64,000 nucleotides of DNA from Ptychomitrium polyphyllum (GCA_973851085.1 OZ316776.1:12276001-12340000), one strand, 5' to 3'; counted from the stretch's first letter, positions 23,649 through 37,419 are shown. Made by a program: numbers and translations. Notes: generated by a model not told the origin, from the sequence alone.

Positions 23649-23729
23649 CTGGGCAATTGTGTTTGACAAAATACACCCTGGACACATCCGCAGTCCCTAG
23701 CCAAATGGAATAAGCTCGTACGAGTTAAA
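23649..23729 (-). pseudogene. Second cytochrome P450 heme-motif fragment, inverted relative to the first
   Basis: Hand translation FNSYELIPFG*GLRMCPGCILSNTIAQ, with an in-frame TAG inside the motif. Confidence 0.8.
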
Positions 23730-24753
23730 GGTAAAGTACGTCCTTCAAAACATTGTTTGAAACATTCGTTTTCTAACTATTGTTTTTTTTAACAAATATT
23801 CATTAATTACCTAAAGTACAACAAGGCTGCTGCAAGACTCGAACAAAAGCACGTAACCATTATGCAACAGAGAATGACTTTCAGAGAAGAAGTAAATTGC
23901 GACTGGTCCTAATACCACAAAGCCCGTCGAATTGCAAATTGTTATTACAGCAGATGAATATCCTTATTTTCTTAAGCTTCTTGATCCAACAAGAAGTTAC
24001 ATATTGTATGCTGAGTAAATACTAGAGAGACGGCATTAAAAAAAGAAATCTCCTAACCATCTTAAACTATGGAGTAGAACATATTCCACACCTACATACG
24101 CAGCTAACCTATCTAATCCAAGAGGCTTACTTTATGACAGCCGGCGTAAAATCAGACGAAGCTAAATTCCAAGAATGGCGTGACATTATGTGTTCAGTTG
24201 TTGTCCAGAAACCCCAAAAAAGCAGAGCACAACAAGCGTTAGGCCATCAGTCCACCTGCAAGACACAGAAAAAAGTAGTTCCCTCTACTTATGAGCGACC
24301 TTGGTATAATCTCTCGCTTCAAATCCTCAAGGACTGATAGAACTCGTACCTCATATGATAAATGTTTGTTTCTTTACCAACATGTTTTATAATTGTTACT
24401 TAAAGAGTCACTCTAAAAGAGATCAGGCCCTGTTGCAGAGGACATGTTGTATCGATGCAATTCGTGCCTACACTGCCGAATTGGACACGAATCCAAAGAA
24501 AAGTTGTCAAATCAACATCGCTAACAAAAGTCAGGGAAAGCACCATATGCCGCAATTTAACATTCTCGATTGAGCGCGACACAAAAACCTCGACGAGCAA
24601 GACACCCACGAAGAGTTTTCCAGAAAGAGTGAGGACGAAGAAGAATGAAACTGATTGGAACACCACACCTTCTCAGCGGATCCGAAATCTGCAACAGAAA
24701 CATTGAAGCTCCACGGTGGCTAGAGGAAGGGGCTCAGGTTTATGTAGTACTGC

Positions 24754-24984
24754 TCAACTGCTGGAGACGGCAACGCCAGTGCGAAATAACGGCAGCTCGT
24801 AGATGTAACGATTGATGGCGTCGTTGAAGCTCTTGCACACAACACAGATTGGGAAAAGTGTCCGCCAACGAAGGTGCCGGAATATCATGTACTGAACCTC
24901 CTCCGGCAGCTTTGCCCACAAATCCTCCAACCTCGGTAAATCCTCTGTGCTCTGGCTGATCGCTTCCTCACTCTCGGACGCCAT
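24754..24984 (-). pseudogene. F-box domain fragment (truncated gene or pseudogene)
   Basis: LWAKLPEEVQYMIFRHLRWRTLFPICVVCKSFNDAI matches the F-box pattern (W..LP.E....I...L........VCK.W/F). A stop follows shortly and no intact substrate-binding domain is seen. Confidence 0.7.
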
Positions 24985-26229
24985 GGCAGCCGGCCTGCAT
25001 GAACCCTATCCTTGACTCTGCTACAAGAGAAGACTTGACACAACTTGCAGAAGCCCTTGCCGTCTTCACTACATATACTGTACGCCACTGTAGACACAAC
25101 TTTGGGGACCCGAAGAATTCACTCACCTGGAGGTGAAGACGAGAATTATTTTAAAAGACGAGACTCTACTTAGAAACTTCCTGACACTGATTCGGTGGGC
25201 GGCATGTCGTTGAAAGTGTCAACGAACGCTCCGAGCAGAATTCATGACAGCGTTGCTTGGGCAGCGAGCTCGTCCATATTTAAACACCATAAGGTCTTTC
25301 CCATCTGACAAAATACCAATGTAACTCGAACCAAACAGTCAGTAAAACCTTAAACGAGAAGTCGTCGAGAAAAGATCAGGGTGGTGTGGCTGTAACGTTG
25401 ACCCTAGAAAAGAGTTTTTTCTGTTTACATCTCTAGAATACACCGAATCTTGAAGGAGCAAAAAGGAGGTGGGATGCTGCTGACAGCAAATGCGGACCTA
25501 GCATTCAGGAAACGATACCCGCACGGTACATTGACAGGAACACATGCAGAACTTGCTGATTGTTGCGGGTAACCGTCGTCTTTCATCTTTTGTGATTACC
25601 CATGGTTGTAGTCTAGATTACTTCAGTGTTGATGTGGATTTCAAAACAGCCAAACTTACTTACAGCACTCAATGTTTAACAAGAACTGCTCAACAATGAG
25701 TATAGCTCAAGAACGCCAATGATCAGTACTTAGCAAGGGGTATTAGCAAAAACTTGTAAGTTCTAAATGAAATGAGTAGAAACAGAGATGCTATGATGCA
25801 ATATGAGTTCACGTGTTCACCATGCCAGGTGCAAGAAGCTCAACTTCCCAATTAGACTTCTCTCTTTCAATATTGTTGGCAGATACATCCGATTGCAGGC
25901 TCCTCGTGTTCTTACAGCAGTCGACACTTGTGAGCCCATAAAATACATGAGATCGCGAAGTGTTAAGCAATCTAATTGTGGCAGAGGTTAGGCATACAAT
26001 CCCTCGAGCTCATTTTCAAATATGTAAGTACATTAAACATCATCCAAACAAGCAATCAAGGAGGGTAAACAATTTCTTTCCGTAATAGATGAGCACCAAA
26101 AAATACTGGAGCACAATGACTTATGTAGTGACCTTTACAGATCTATAGAAGAAACTTCCTGTCAAAAACGTGTTTTACACTAAAACTGTTGCCTGCACCT
26201 TGGAGTTCAAAAGCAAATGCTGGAATAAA

Positions 26230-27695
26230 TCAGAGGGAAAAGAGGCTACTATTTATCCATCTATAAAACTTGAAGTCTTTATCAGATTTCTCAACATTTG
26301 ACCTGTTGCCCCTTTCGAAGTCTTTCGGTAAGATGACATGTCGATTTGTACGCACGGCATGCATAACAGCCTCCTGACAGATCGCAGAGCTCTGCAAGCC
26401 ATGACAGCCCACTCATTTCACTATAAGCCACTGCCAGAGAGAGTTTCTAGACTACAAACTCAGGGTAAGTACATTCGTATCTCATACCCAATACAAACAT
26501 TAATCCTCTGGAGGAATGAGATGAATCGTGAAGGTAGAGAAACGCACCTCAGCAGCACTTTGCTTGTCAGACTTAGAAACATAGACTTCTAGATCAACTT
26601 CCTCACTGAGGCTCGTCTTTGCTGTACGTACCTGTTCACATTCCCACGATCCCATCAACATTTGAACCATCCAACAGTATACCTCCCGCAACTCGTACCG
26701 AAAAACAGTTGTAGTAACCAACTACTCGCGCAAGGTTTCTAAGATAACGCTCTCCAAAGCATCAGAAAGAGAGTGAAAATCTGATAAGAGTTACTTGTGA
26801 AGAACCCTACCGCTCCGAGATACTTCTATACAAATTCAGAATCAACAACACGAATGAAAGCTGCGGTAGTGTGGTGAGCAACAGTCTTGGCAAGCATAGT
26901 CTTTCCTCTCCCGGGGAATCCATGTAGCAATACATCTCGGGGTGGACCGGTTCCAATATTCTTATATAGCTCGTGATGTGTAAGTGGATGCTCCACCACC
27001 TCCACCACCACTTTCTTGTTTCTGAATATCACAATCACCAATATCCTGCATCCAGCAACATATGCTACAACAAGAACCACTCAAGTCAGTGCACATAAAA
27101 GGAAAAGAAACACTGCGACTTTCGGTGTGCAACTCTCAAGTGATACTCGATTTCTACAAGCTGTGCTACACATTTCAAACATACTTTCTGCTCATATCGT
27201 ATAGGTTATTTGATATTCCATTGATGGATGTGGAGAGATTATGTCACAAATAGAATGACTCACAATACATTAGACTAACTCATACTCTCGGTGTTGGTTC
27301 CACTGATGTTCCAATAAACCACACAGACCAAAACAGTGTCGCATGAGTAAATTTATGAGTTCGTATTAGTCACTGATGAATGTTTTTTTACACGGTAGCA
27401 TTACCTAGGCTTTCAAAATGCTATGTGAAATTGAGAATCAAGGGCCATCCTGCCTCTCACCAATAACCTATTCCAAACAACTGTGGAAGCAATGTCTACA
27501 ACCCTCCAGCGTTCTCTACAACTGTCTCACATCGCAACTTAATAACGATAACAGACACAGAGTAGAGGTCGCGAGAATTAAAAAAAACCCTAAATTCCAC
27601 CATTCCTGAACTCACTTGGTGGAGAGCATGCTCGCGATCTCCGTGTACTTCACTGCAGTGACCTCCATCGCCACTGCCATGGCCACCACCGACAT
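26230..27695 (-). pseudogene. RPT3: Non-processed pseudogene of 26S proteasome AAA-ATPase subunit RPT3
   Basis: Fragments: [11 protein letters not shown] / frameshift / [62 protein letters not shown] (27045-~26815, TAG at 26828-26826); VRTAKTSLSEEVDLEVYVSKSDKQSAAE; AICQEAVMHAVRTNRHVILPKDFERG...DFKFYR. Introns are retained. A first exon at 27695-27616 is tentative. Confidence 0.88.
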
Positions 27696-28039
27696 GGATT
27701 CTCGAAACAAGATCCTAGATGAAGGTCAGTTGCTGCACATGCCTCTGCAACCGACTCTACAAATTATTGGACGTTGCACCCACCGTGAAGGAGACGATCC
27801 TATTTCCGTGGGCTGCGACGGATGAACAGAAGTTCCGTTGATTATGAACAGAAGTTCCGTTGATTGTGGACAGCAGCTTGAGGTGACATACCCTCCGTTA
27901 TGTTCTACGTGGCGGGACCGCAGTCGATGTCGAGGCGACAAGAACTCTGTTGTGTTCTACGTGGCGGGACCCCAGTGGATGTTGAGGCACCCATAATGGA
28001 GTAGAGTACATAGGGCCAGCTCATGCTCTGGCCGCGACT

Positions 28040-31000
28040 TGAAGTGAAATAAAGACATTTTTGAAGCCACGGCCTTTAAAATTGCAGCCATTATTGCAGC
28101 CATTATTGCAGCCATTATTATTGATTTGAAAAGACATTTCGGTCATCATTATGGACTGAAACGACATTTGACCAATCTCTTGTTTTTAACCAATTTGAAA
28201 CATAAAATAAATTTGGAGCTTTGACATTGGTTGTAAATAGGTGTAAAATTAGAATAAAATTGTGAAATTATTTTTTATAGGAATGAAAAGTCACATTCGA
28301 CTAACCATTTGAATTTAAACAATTGTAGATTTGAAACGTTCATGTTTTTTTGCCAAAGGTAAAAAAGTTAAAACTTTGACATTATTTGTATATAAGTGTA
28401 AACTTAAAATAAAATTATAGAATTATCTTTTATAGGATTGAAAAGTCACATTTGGCCAACTTGTCATTTTCAACCAATTTTAGATTTGAAAGGTTTATGT
28501 CCTTTTGCCAAAGATAAAAGTTAAAGCTTTAACATTGTTTCTAAATAGTTGTAATTTTAGAATAAAATTGTGGAATTAAGTTTAAGTTCTTTCTTGTTCT
28601 ACATAAAACCATATCTAATATTATTGAACGCATTTCTAGAATTGATTGTTTTTAATTTTATTTTTAAAAGTATTTTTTAAAATATATATAAAATAATGAA
28701 TTTTATGCAATATATTACATCTTTAAATGAGTATTACTTTTTGTAATTTTTAAAAAAATTCTTAATCTCTTCACATTAAAATATTGCATCTAAACATGTT
28801 GTTAAAAAATAATGTATTTATATCTATTCAATTTTGTATTAAAATGAATATTTGCGTATTTTATAAACACAATAGAATTGAAGTTTTAAAAAGAGCCATC
28901 ATAGTCTTAATATTTATTCTTGTATATTCTACTTCAATTCTTTAAGCTACAACTAGATTAATTTGCTTTCAAATGAAAGTTTAAAGATATAATTAAATCA
29001 AAATTTGATTAAATTTCATTTTTGGATAAATTAAAAACTAAAAATTTTATAAAAAAAACACTCACTCTACTAAAATTATTGCTTCAAATTTAAAGCATCA
29101 TTGTCATTTGGTTAATATAAGTAATGTTTTATTTTTGAAGCCCTAATGCCATTGAATAATTGAAATAAAGATGTATTTTTACAAACTTAGGCAATTTTTA
29201 TTTTATTCAAAAAATAAAATTTAATAAAATTTTAAATAATCCACAACTTATTGGAACATTTTTAAGTAATATGAATAAATTTATAAGTAGCATTATAAAT
29301 AATTGGCTTTTTTCCAAAAATTCTATAATTTTTCAAAAAATAGAATGTATAAGTAAAATAAAATTCAAATACTTATAATTGTATATCTATTATTTTAACA
29401 AAAATTTATTTTTTTTAATTCAAAAGACAAGTTTATAAAAGATCAAAAACCTTAAATAAATCAATTCATAAATCATTTCAATAATAATGAATAATTACCA
29501 TTTAAGTTATGTTCAATTATCCTAATATTCATTTTGAAATCATTAGACACCATTTTAACATAACTTTTTTAATTTCATTAAATAGATGTAAGTTTTTATT
29601 CATTATTATTAATTTATAATTCTATTTGCATTTAATGTTAAATTTAATAACATTGTTTATTAAAATTTAAGTTTAATATATTATAAAGAGTAAATTTTAT
29701 GGGACTTTCTTTTAACAATTAGTAGAAGGTGATTGTTTAAAGAATAATTTATTATAGTTTAATAAGGCTAGTGTAATAATAAAAAATAAAATTATATAAT
29801 TTTAAATATCAGAATATCATAAATGCATTATGGTCTTGGATTAATGTTGTAGTAAAGAAGAATGCAATGGAGTTAGATAATTCAAGTTATTAAATAAACT
29901 TGTATTTCTTACTAAACATTATTGATGCCTTCATTAATCTGGTTATTTGTTTTTTAGCCATTTCTAATCCATTATTATCATTATTTGCTTTTTATCCAAA
30001 TTGCACAGTTTCTTGTTATTTAAGTTCAATGAATAAGAAATAATGGTAATTTTAAGAATTTCACAAAAAAATCTATTATTCCCACATTCATCAATAATTT
30101 TATAAAATATTGACTTTGTAGGAATTCACTCAAAAAAGTTAATTTTTTTAAATGCTTGTTTTTCAAGCTTAATTAATATTGGTGTTTATATTATGCCATA
30201 AAAGAATATATTTGTATAACTTATGTCTTGATATACTTGTAAGTATTCAATTAAAAAACCATTCACAATAATAAATAAATTTTAAAAATATTATTGTATA
30301 TGAATCATATTTAATGTTTTTAAATAAATAAAGATTCTATTATTTAATATGTTAATGAAATGATTCTTGTTTTAAAAACTTAAATAAATAACTTGAATGG
30401 TTTAAAAAAAAATAATGTCATTTGAAAAGAAATATTTAAAAATTCAAATTTAAATTATCAATTATATATTAAAATGCAAAGCATAACTTATAAAAGCCAT
30501 TAAAATGAATTTATTATATTCATCTAATGAACCATTATTAAATATTGATAAAAATGTAACTAGAAATTTTATTCATCAACTAAATGTATATACAATGCAT
30601 ATGACGAATTGTTTAATAAGAAGCCTTTATAATATATAATATTTCATATCATATTTCATTAGATATTAAAAGCTTCATTATGACATAAAGAAATATTTAG
30701 AAAAGATATTCGTATTAACTTAATAAAATTTATTTTTATTATATAATATTTAAATTTACAAAATCATGATAGATATCAAATTCAATTAGAAAAATATTAA
30801 AGATCTTAAAATGTAAAAACTAAAAAGAAATGTTCTTAAATGATTTCAAATAAATGCATTTTTTTATTATTATGTGGTTATGATTATATATTAAAAACCT
30901 AATTCAGATATAATGGGGTGTTATAAAATGATAAGTAGACAACATAACCATAATTATTAAATCTATGCAAAAAAATACTTATAAATATTTTTAAAAAAAT

Positions 31001-33130
31001 TCCTTTAAATAATTTATTATTATTGAAGTTGAAAACTTTAAGTATTAAAAATATTTGTAAACTAAAGGCATCTAAAAAAATATAGATTTCAACATTGTAA
31101 TTTAAAAGCTTTAAATTCAATTAATGCAACTTTTAATATAAATTAAAAATTAAAGATCAAGTTAAAATAATTTCAAGAAATTTAGATATTACTCTTTATT
31201 TTTGTGTTAATATAGAACTAATTTGGTATTATATATTCAAAGTTAAAAAATTATTTTAAAAAATATTTAATTAAACACAATATGAAGTGCATAAATAAGG
31301 TATTAAACTTTTATTTAAAATACTAACTTTGATAAATTAGGCTATATACATTTGTATTAAGAAGACTTTTTGTAAAAAATCAATAATAATTTTAACGTTT
31401 TATCATTTACTAAACTTTTTTACACATGCAAAAGAGATTTTAGATAATAAAACAATGATAAAAACTTGTGTTCTATTACAAATTATTAATTTTGATGAAT
31501 TGAAGTTCTTTTACAAAAAATAAAATTATTCTTGTAATCTTTTAACTTTTAAGACAAAATTATCAAATTTTGTTTTTATTAAGCATTTGTTACATGTAAA
31601 ACAATGGTTATTATACCAATTATATTTCAAAATGGTACAAAATGTTAGATACAAAGATTTAATCAAATCAATGTTTAAACTAATGTATACTATTGAAAAT
31701 TTGATAATAAATCTTTACTATTTAAAATCAAAATTTTAGTTTATTTTAGTTAAAAATATACTTTTCACAACTTATTTAGATTAATTTGAAATAAAATAAA
31801 ATTACAAACAATATTTGTTCAAAAAAATTAAAGAAAACCTGTAAAATGTATAACTTTTAATATAACACATTTAAAAAAACCTATAAAATTTACAACTTTT
31901 AATATATTGTTGATTCTTTAAAGAAATAGAAATGAATAAAAGAATAATTTAAAAACACATATTATATGTTTTTTAGCACTAAAATATTTGTTAACTTATT
32001 TAAATTAGCATTTACTTTTGTTTTAATATATATTTTATTCCTTTGTTAATGTTTATTTGCCTTTGATGTTATACTTTGCAATAATTAAATTAATGGTTTT
32101 GAATTGCAAAATAATTTCTATTTCTTTTTTAATAATTCTTATAAATCCATAATTCGAGTATAAATTTACAATAAATATGTATCATAAATCAAATTTTAAT
32201 TCATTTATTTTAATTTATATCAAATTAAATAATTATTAGTCATATGTAACTCTTTTTTATAAAAATATTTAATCACAAACATTCAATCAATTGTTTTTAC
32301 ATTATTTGTAAATAGAAAGATGAGATTTTTGATTGATTCATTTTTTTGTTTAATAATCCAATTTTCAAAATTTATGGAAAAACATTCCATTCAATAAGTT
32401 TTAATATGATTTAGTTAAATATAATGTTGTTCAAAATTAAACCAAAACTTCATTAAAATAGAGCTATTTTCTACTAAATTTGGCATTCCTAAACCCTAAA
32501 TTTATTTGAAACCATGTTAAAAATTAAACCAAAAGTTTTTAACTTTCAAATCAAAATAATATATGCACTAAAACCTACATATAATTTAATTTTTTCAAAG
32601 TAATCATATTAATAACTATATAGTTTTAAATTTCCATTTTAATCTAAATATTATGTGTTCCAAACTTTCAATTATGACAATTCAACAATTTTTTTTAAAA
32701 AGTGCAAAACTTACATCATATTTACATCTTTTAACTACAACAGTATTATTCATTTTTGCTTAGAAATGTACCATAATTATTATATAAATATTAAATATTA
32801 AAAAATTAATGCATTTCTTACATTCTTCAAAGAAGTATATTATTTTCACTCAGCCCTTGTACTTGGATTAGCTTGTATCAAAAACACTTTGTTATAACTT
32901 TTTTCAAAATTTAATTTTAGGCAAGTTTGATAATCTTTCTAAAAATAAAGAATTAACTTCCATAATTTCTAAAATTAAAGAATTAACTTCCATAATTTCC
33001 ATTGTTAAAAAATCTTGAATTATTTGTACAATGTCCAAAATAATAAGTTTCAAAAGTATCTTGGTATTCTTTTTCTCTTGCCAATGTGATTCAATAAAAT
33101 ATTTCATGCTTAATTAATAATAACAGGTCT
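28040..33130. mobile_element. ~5-kb extremely AT-rich block, probably a decayed transposon-derived relic (class not determined)
   Basis: Abrupt compositional boundaries, near absence of CpG, no convincing ORF, and degenerate ~155-bp direct repeats near the left end. Confidence 0.4.
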
Positions 33131-34742
33131 AGTTGCTTGAAAGCCACGGTTACGGGTGCTACTACTTGGAGGGTGGGGTTGTTAACCCAGCTGCTAGAGA
33201 ATGCTATGACTCATGAGCGTGCACCCTCATACTCCTAAAACCCAAATATTCTGTGGTGCCACGTGCCTAACATGCAACACATCACACATGTGCTTCTCAG
33301 ATCACTGTTGCCTGTTGCTGTGCAGTCAACGTACTAGACGGTGGATCGTATCATCTGTCACTACCATGTCACTACCATGGCCTGACATCCTCGCCATGAA
33401 CAATCTCCACCATTCATTACGAACTCATCTGCATGCTTTCAAAAGTATGCAGAGTCCATGCAGAGTCAGAGGCAGTCTATTTCCCATGCATTCCCCATGC
33501 AGATGAAGTTCCTGTCCATGCAGACACGAACCATATTGAGATTCAAGCCTCCAATAACCAACTATTACGAATGGGTGTGCACTCTGAGTCTTGCGAAAAC
33601 CCTTCGTATTTTAAGAAACTTCCATTCTGCTTTTTTTCCAAATGAAATGGGAAATGTGCAAGTAGAAAACTGAAGTACGACAAGAGGTGCCCAATGGACT
33701 GGTAACGCGAAATTTTCGGAGCCTTCCGAAAATTTAGGAATAATACATTTTTGAGAAAAATAAAATGCAGCGCCGTGCTGCACTCATCAGTGCCCTAGAC
33801 GTCTCTCTTACGTCCTTACGACTGGGCATCCTAAGCTCTGGACTCTCCCCGGGGCCGCCGCCCATCGTCAGGGTTGCCTGGCGGCTGGAGCACTACAAAG
33901 AGGAGTGCGCGTGGTGGAGCATTTGCAGAACGTCGTCCCGCTGGGCAGTGCACAAGACTGAGCGTGGTGCTTGGTGCGTTGTGGTTTCGTGGCACGTCTC
34001 GTGGCCGGTGAGTGTTTTTTGCGACTCAGAATGGTTTGGTTTGCTGGACATGGCGTTCTCTGAAAGACGGCTTCTCTGTAGGAAAAGAGCTTGGTCTGAA
34101 GTGCCCTTCCAGTTTGTTTTCTTCGGATGTATTCCTTTTCTTTGTATCTGCTGTGTTTTGGTCGATAGTACGGAGGTTACATTGGTCGCAGTATGCGGTC
34201 CTCTACACCTGTCGACAGTCGCGAGCCTAAAGGTGGAGACTGGGAGGTCTGGTGTAGAGGTCTCAAGTCTGAAGGTGGAGGGTGAGAGATCTGCTATAGA
34301 GTTTACCAAGGTTGTTCAGAGATGGTTGAGTCTGCTCTATGAGGCCGTTGACTGACCCTGTATGCAGGAGGCGCGAACCATCCTCGTTCAAGCCCAGTAA
34401 GGGGAGAGTTGAGTATCGTTAAGCGTCCATATTGTTAGTAAGTGTTCTTACTTTAACCAGCTGTTGAGACATTAGTAATCATCAGCACTCCTGTGAGGTT
34501 GATGTTACACTTGGTTAAATATCACGCTAAGTAACCTTAGAACTTGCTCCTGGTTCACGATCTATTCGCGTTTTCCAGGACAACAGATAGTGTTCATTTT
34601 GAGAACAAACTCGTGTGAGGAAACTGAAACGGGTGTGGGAGATATGTGATTAGCTTCAAGCGCTTGAAGCTGGCCATAAGGTATCTGCTTTCTGTGGAAG
34701 TTGTAAGAGTTTAAAACCATGTTGCCTTTGGTTGTTTCAGCG

Positions 34743-36618
34743 ATGGCAGAGGTCCGCTATGAATCGATTACCAAAGACTTGGAGATGGCTAGAAAACTGC
34801 AGGAGTTGGAGGGCGATAGGATTGTCCACTTTGTGATCGATCGACTGGGACCGTCACAAGTTCCAGCCAGAACAACCAGCGAAGCATGTCTACTGGTAGG
34901 TTACTTAAATTAAGGCTGTAAACTGTTTAACCATATTGACATTTATAACATCTTTTCAGTTAGAACAGCTTTCTCAAAACTATTGCTAAAATCTTTAGGT
35001 AGCACGAGGAACTTCACATAAGCTCATTTGTGGTAACACTAGCTGAACAGCTGAAACAATAAACCTTTGCTCCGCTGCACAGATTCGAATAGGCTGCTGA
35101 ATCTGACTCATCTTTGGTTTTTAATTCCCAGGTGATTCCTACTTGGTTCGTACAAGTGTACAAGGACCAACTCGAGGAGGCGCTGGTGAGGGAGGAAATT
35201 CACCTTGAATCTTCCGATAATGCCATACCTTGGTCAGTGAGCCTTAAGAGATACGATGCACAGGCTAATTCCAAATCACCGCACGTGTACAAGTTTGGAA
35301 GAGGATGGAGACGATTTGCCAATGGCAATGGACTCTTGGAGGGGGATGGGTTGATTTTCGAAGGAGTGAGAGGATGGTCCAAGAATGAAACGCTAGAAAA
35401 GGATTCATCAAATGGAGGAAATGTATTGGCGCAGAAGTTCCGTGTTCATGTTTTTCGTGGAAATGGGATTCAAACCACCAAACCCTCCGTACATACACCA
35501 GCAAAGTACTCCCTTGATTCTCAGCTTTCCCATGAGAATCATGGGCAGCATGATTCTAGTGGAGCATGTAGCTCACATCAGCATTTGTCTGTTCAAGCAG
35601 GCGATCTTCATAATATTTGCAACGCAGTGACTGCAAAGAAGAGGCAGGCTAGAGAGGAAGGCTCACCCTCGGCCTCCCAGTGTACCACTCCTCGAAACAA
35701 GTGCATCAAGCTGTACCTTCCAGATTTGGTAAGCATATACAAAACTCTTTATTATCAGTTCATTGTCATTTAAATTATGAGCAATCTTGATGCTAATTTT
35801 TAACACTGAGATCAAGAGATCACACTAAAGAAGATGTTTCGATCTGATAATTTCCATGGCTAATTGGGCAGGCTAATGCACAAGTGTTGTCACAGTCAAG
35901 CCCGCAGGGCATTTCAGTGAACCAACAACCTACTTTAGTCCATCAGCTTCCCAAAGTATCACTCCCAAGCTTCATTCAGAAACTTGTTGAGTACAATGTC
36001 CAGGATTCTGCTGGAAACACAAGTGGCGCTCGTTTTGTAAGTTCCATAATTAACTTTAATTTTCACTAGCTACTTTTGTACGCTGCTAGGTCCTTGTTAT
36101 AGGTACCGCTTATATGATATCTTGGCTAAGGTGAGATTATTATCTGATGTTTGATAAAAAAACTCAACAACCTAAGATGGTAAGGTATGATTTCAAGCCA
36201 ATCCTTCTCATAAAGCTCAGACAAGAACTTGATCTTTTCTGAAGGCTCACATTTTCTGCATCACGTCGTCTTGGATCCAATGTTGCTTTGCTACTTAGAA
36301 GAAGGGGTTGGGCTAATTTTGGTTTTTCTTATGCAGGACGTTCCTATTCCCTTCCTGAAGGCGCACAACATTCACCTGCACGCTCATGTCAAACTCCAAG
36401 GAACTCACGAAGGATCCCCATTCCGATTTGTGACTTGTTCCCATTGCCTGAAGCAAGAAAGTGAATGTCTTGATAACAACGTCCTCGTCTCACTTGGTTG
36501 GGGGGACTTCGTCAGAGACAACGCCCTCCGAGCAGGGCAGGAGCTTGTCTTCACACTTGTTTCAGAGTCTTTCTTTGCTATCAAAGAGGTAGCTGAAATT
36601 GTTATCTATACTAAGTAG
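34743..36618 (+). CDS. REM-like protein with two B3 DNA-binding domains (copy 1, ~398 aa)
   Basis: Exons 34743-34895, 35132-35728, 35872-36036 and 36337-36618, with phase-0 GT-AG introns. B3 motifs: IPTWFV...W.V.L...FGRGWRRFANGNGLLEGDGLIF and VPIPFL...LGWGDFVRDNALRAGQELVFTL. Confidence 0.82.
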
Positions 36619-37419
36619 TCATCTAGAAAGATGGAACTTCACAAGGTTGTGATTTAATCCAATGTAGCCTGCCGTTACAACTTTTTTTTGTTTCTCGAGA
36701 TAGTGGCTGGGCTCATGTGGCTTGAAGTAGTCATGTTTGACTAGTTCATACTTGCATGCAATTTGAGCATCTGAAGTGTCCGGACTTCAGAGAACAATTT
36801 GGATTTTGACAAATCAACATTCAAATGATTTATTATTTGAATGTAAGTTATAAGCTAATTGATTTTACGGTAATATTTATACACTCTATGCCTGAAGATA
36901 TGCTTGATGAGCTGTTTGCTCAAGGATGATGATCACCTAGTGACCTCTGGCAGGATTACAGAAAGCTGATCAGCATTGGATTGGTACATTTCAAGCATAA
37001 TAAGGATTTAGTTGTGAATAACATGATTGCAATCACTATTCCAACAAAGTCAATAAATATCTATGTAACGATTTTCCTTTAGGTCAATGACCAGTCTAAA
37101 GTATCCTATCATAAATTGCACAATTCTTTTGCCGATCAATTTCTAGAGACACCATTCATGGCCATGTCGGCCTCTTTAATATCCTAAGTCGGCTCCGATT
37201 TGATCCCCATAGATCTACTTTGGCGAGTGAAGACCAAGTTTGTAGAAAGCTCTCACTTCAATGATTAAAATGTTGCTTCGGTCCTAACCTCGTCTCTTCC
37301 TTCAAGCTCCGTTTAGAGATACCGTTTCTGTTCTGCTCTATTACCAAACGGACTAACTCGAAACCATGCTTCGTAACTGCGAAATACAAGCAATAGCTTG
37401 CAATTCAAATATTCCTGTA

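Noticed and set aside
28040..33130. Organellar or giant-virus insertion as the explanation for the AT-rich block
   Set aside because: No recognisable organellar or viral gene, tRNA or long ORF.
33765..34355. 196-aa ORF upstream of B3 copy 1
   Set aside because: No recognisable domain; it more likely represents the 5' leader or intron of the B3 gene, though I cannot exclude it without RNA data.
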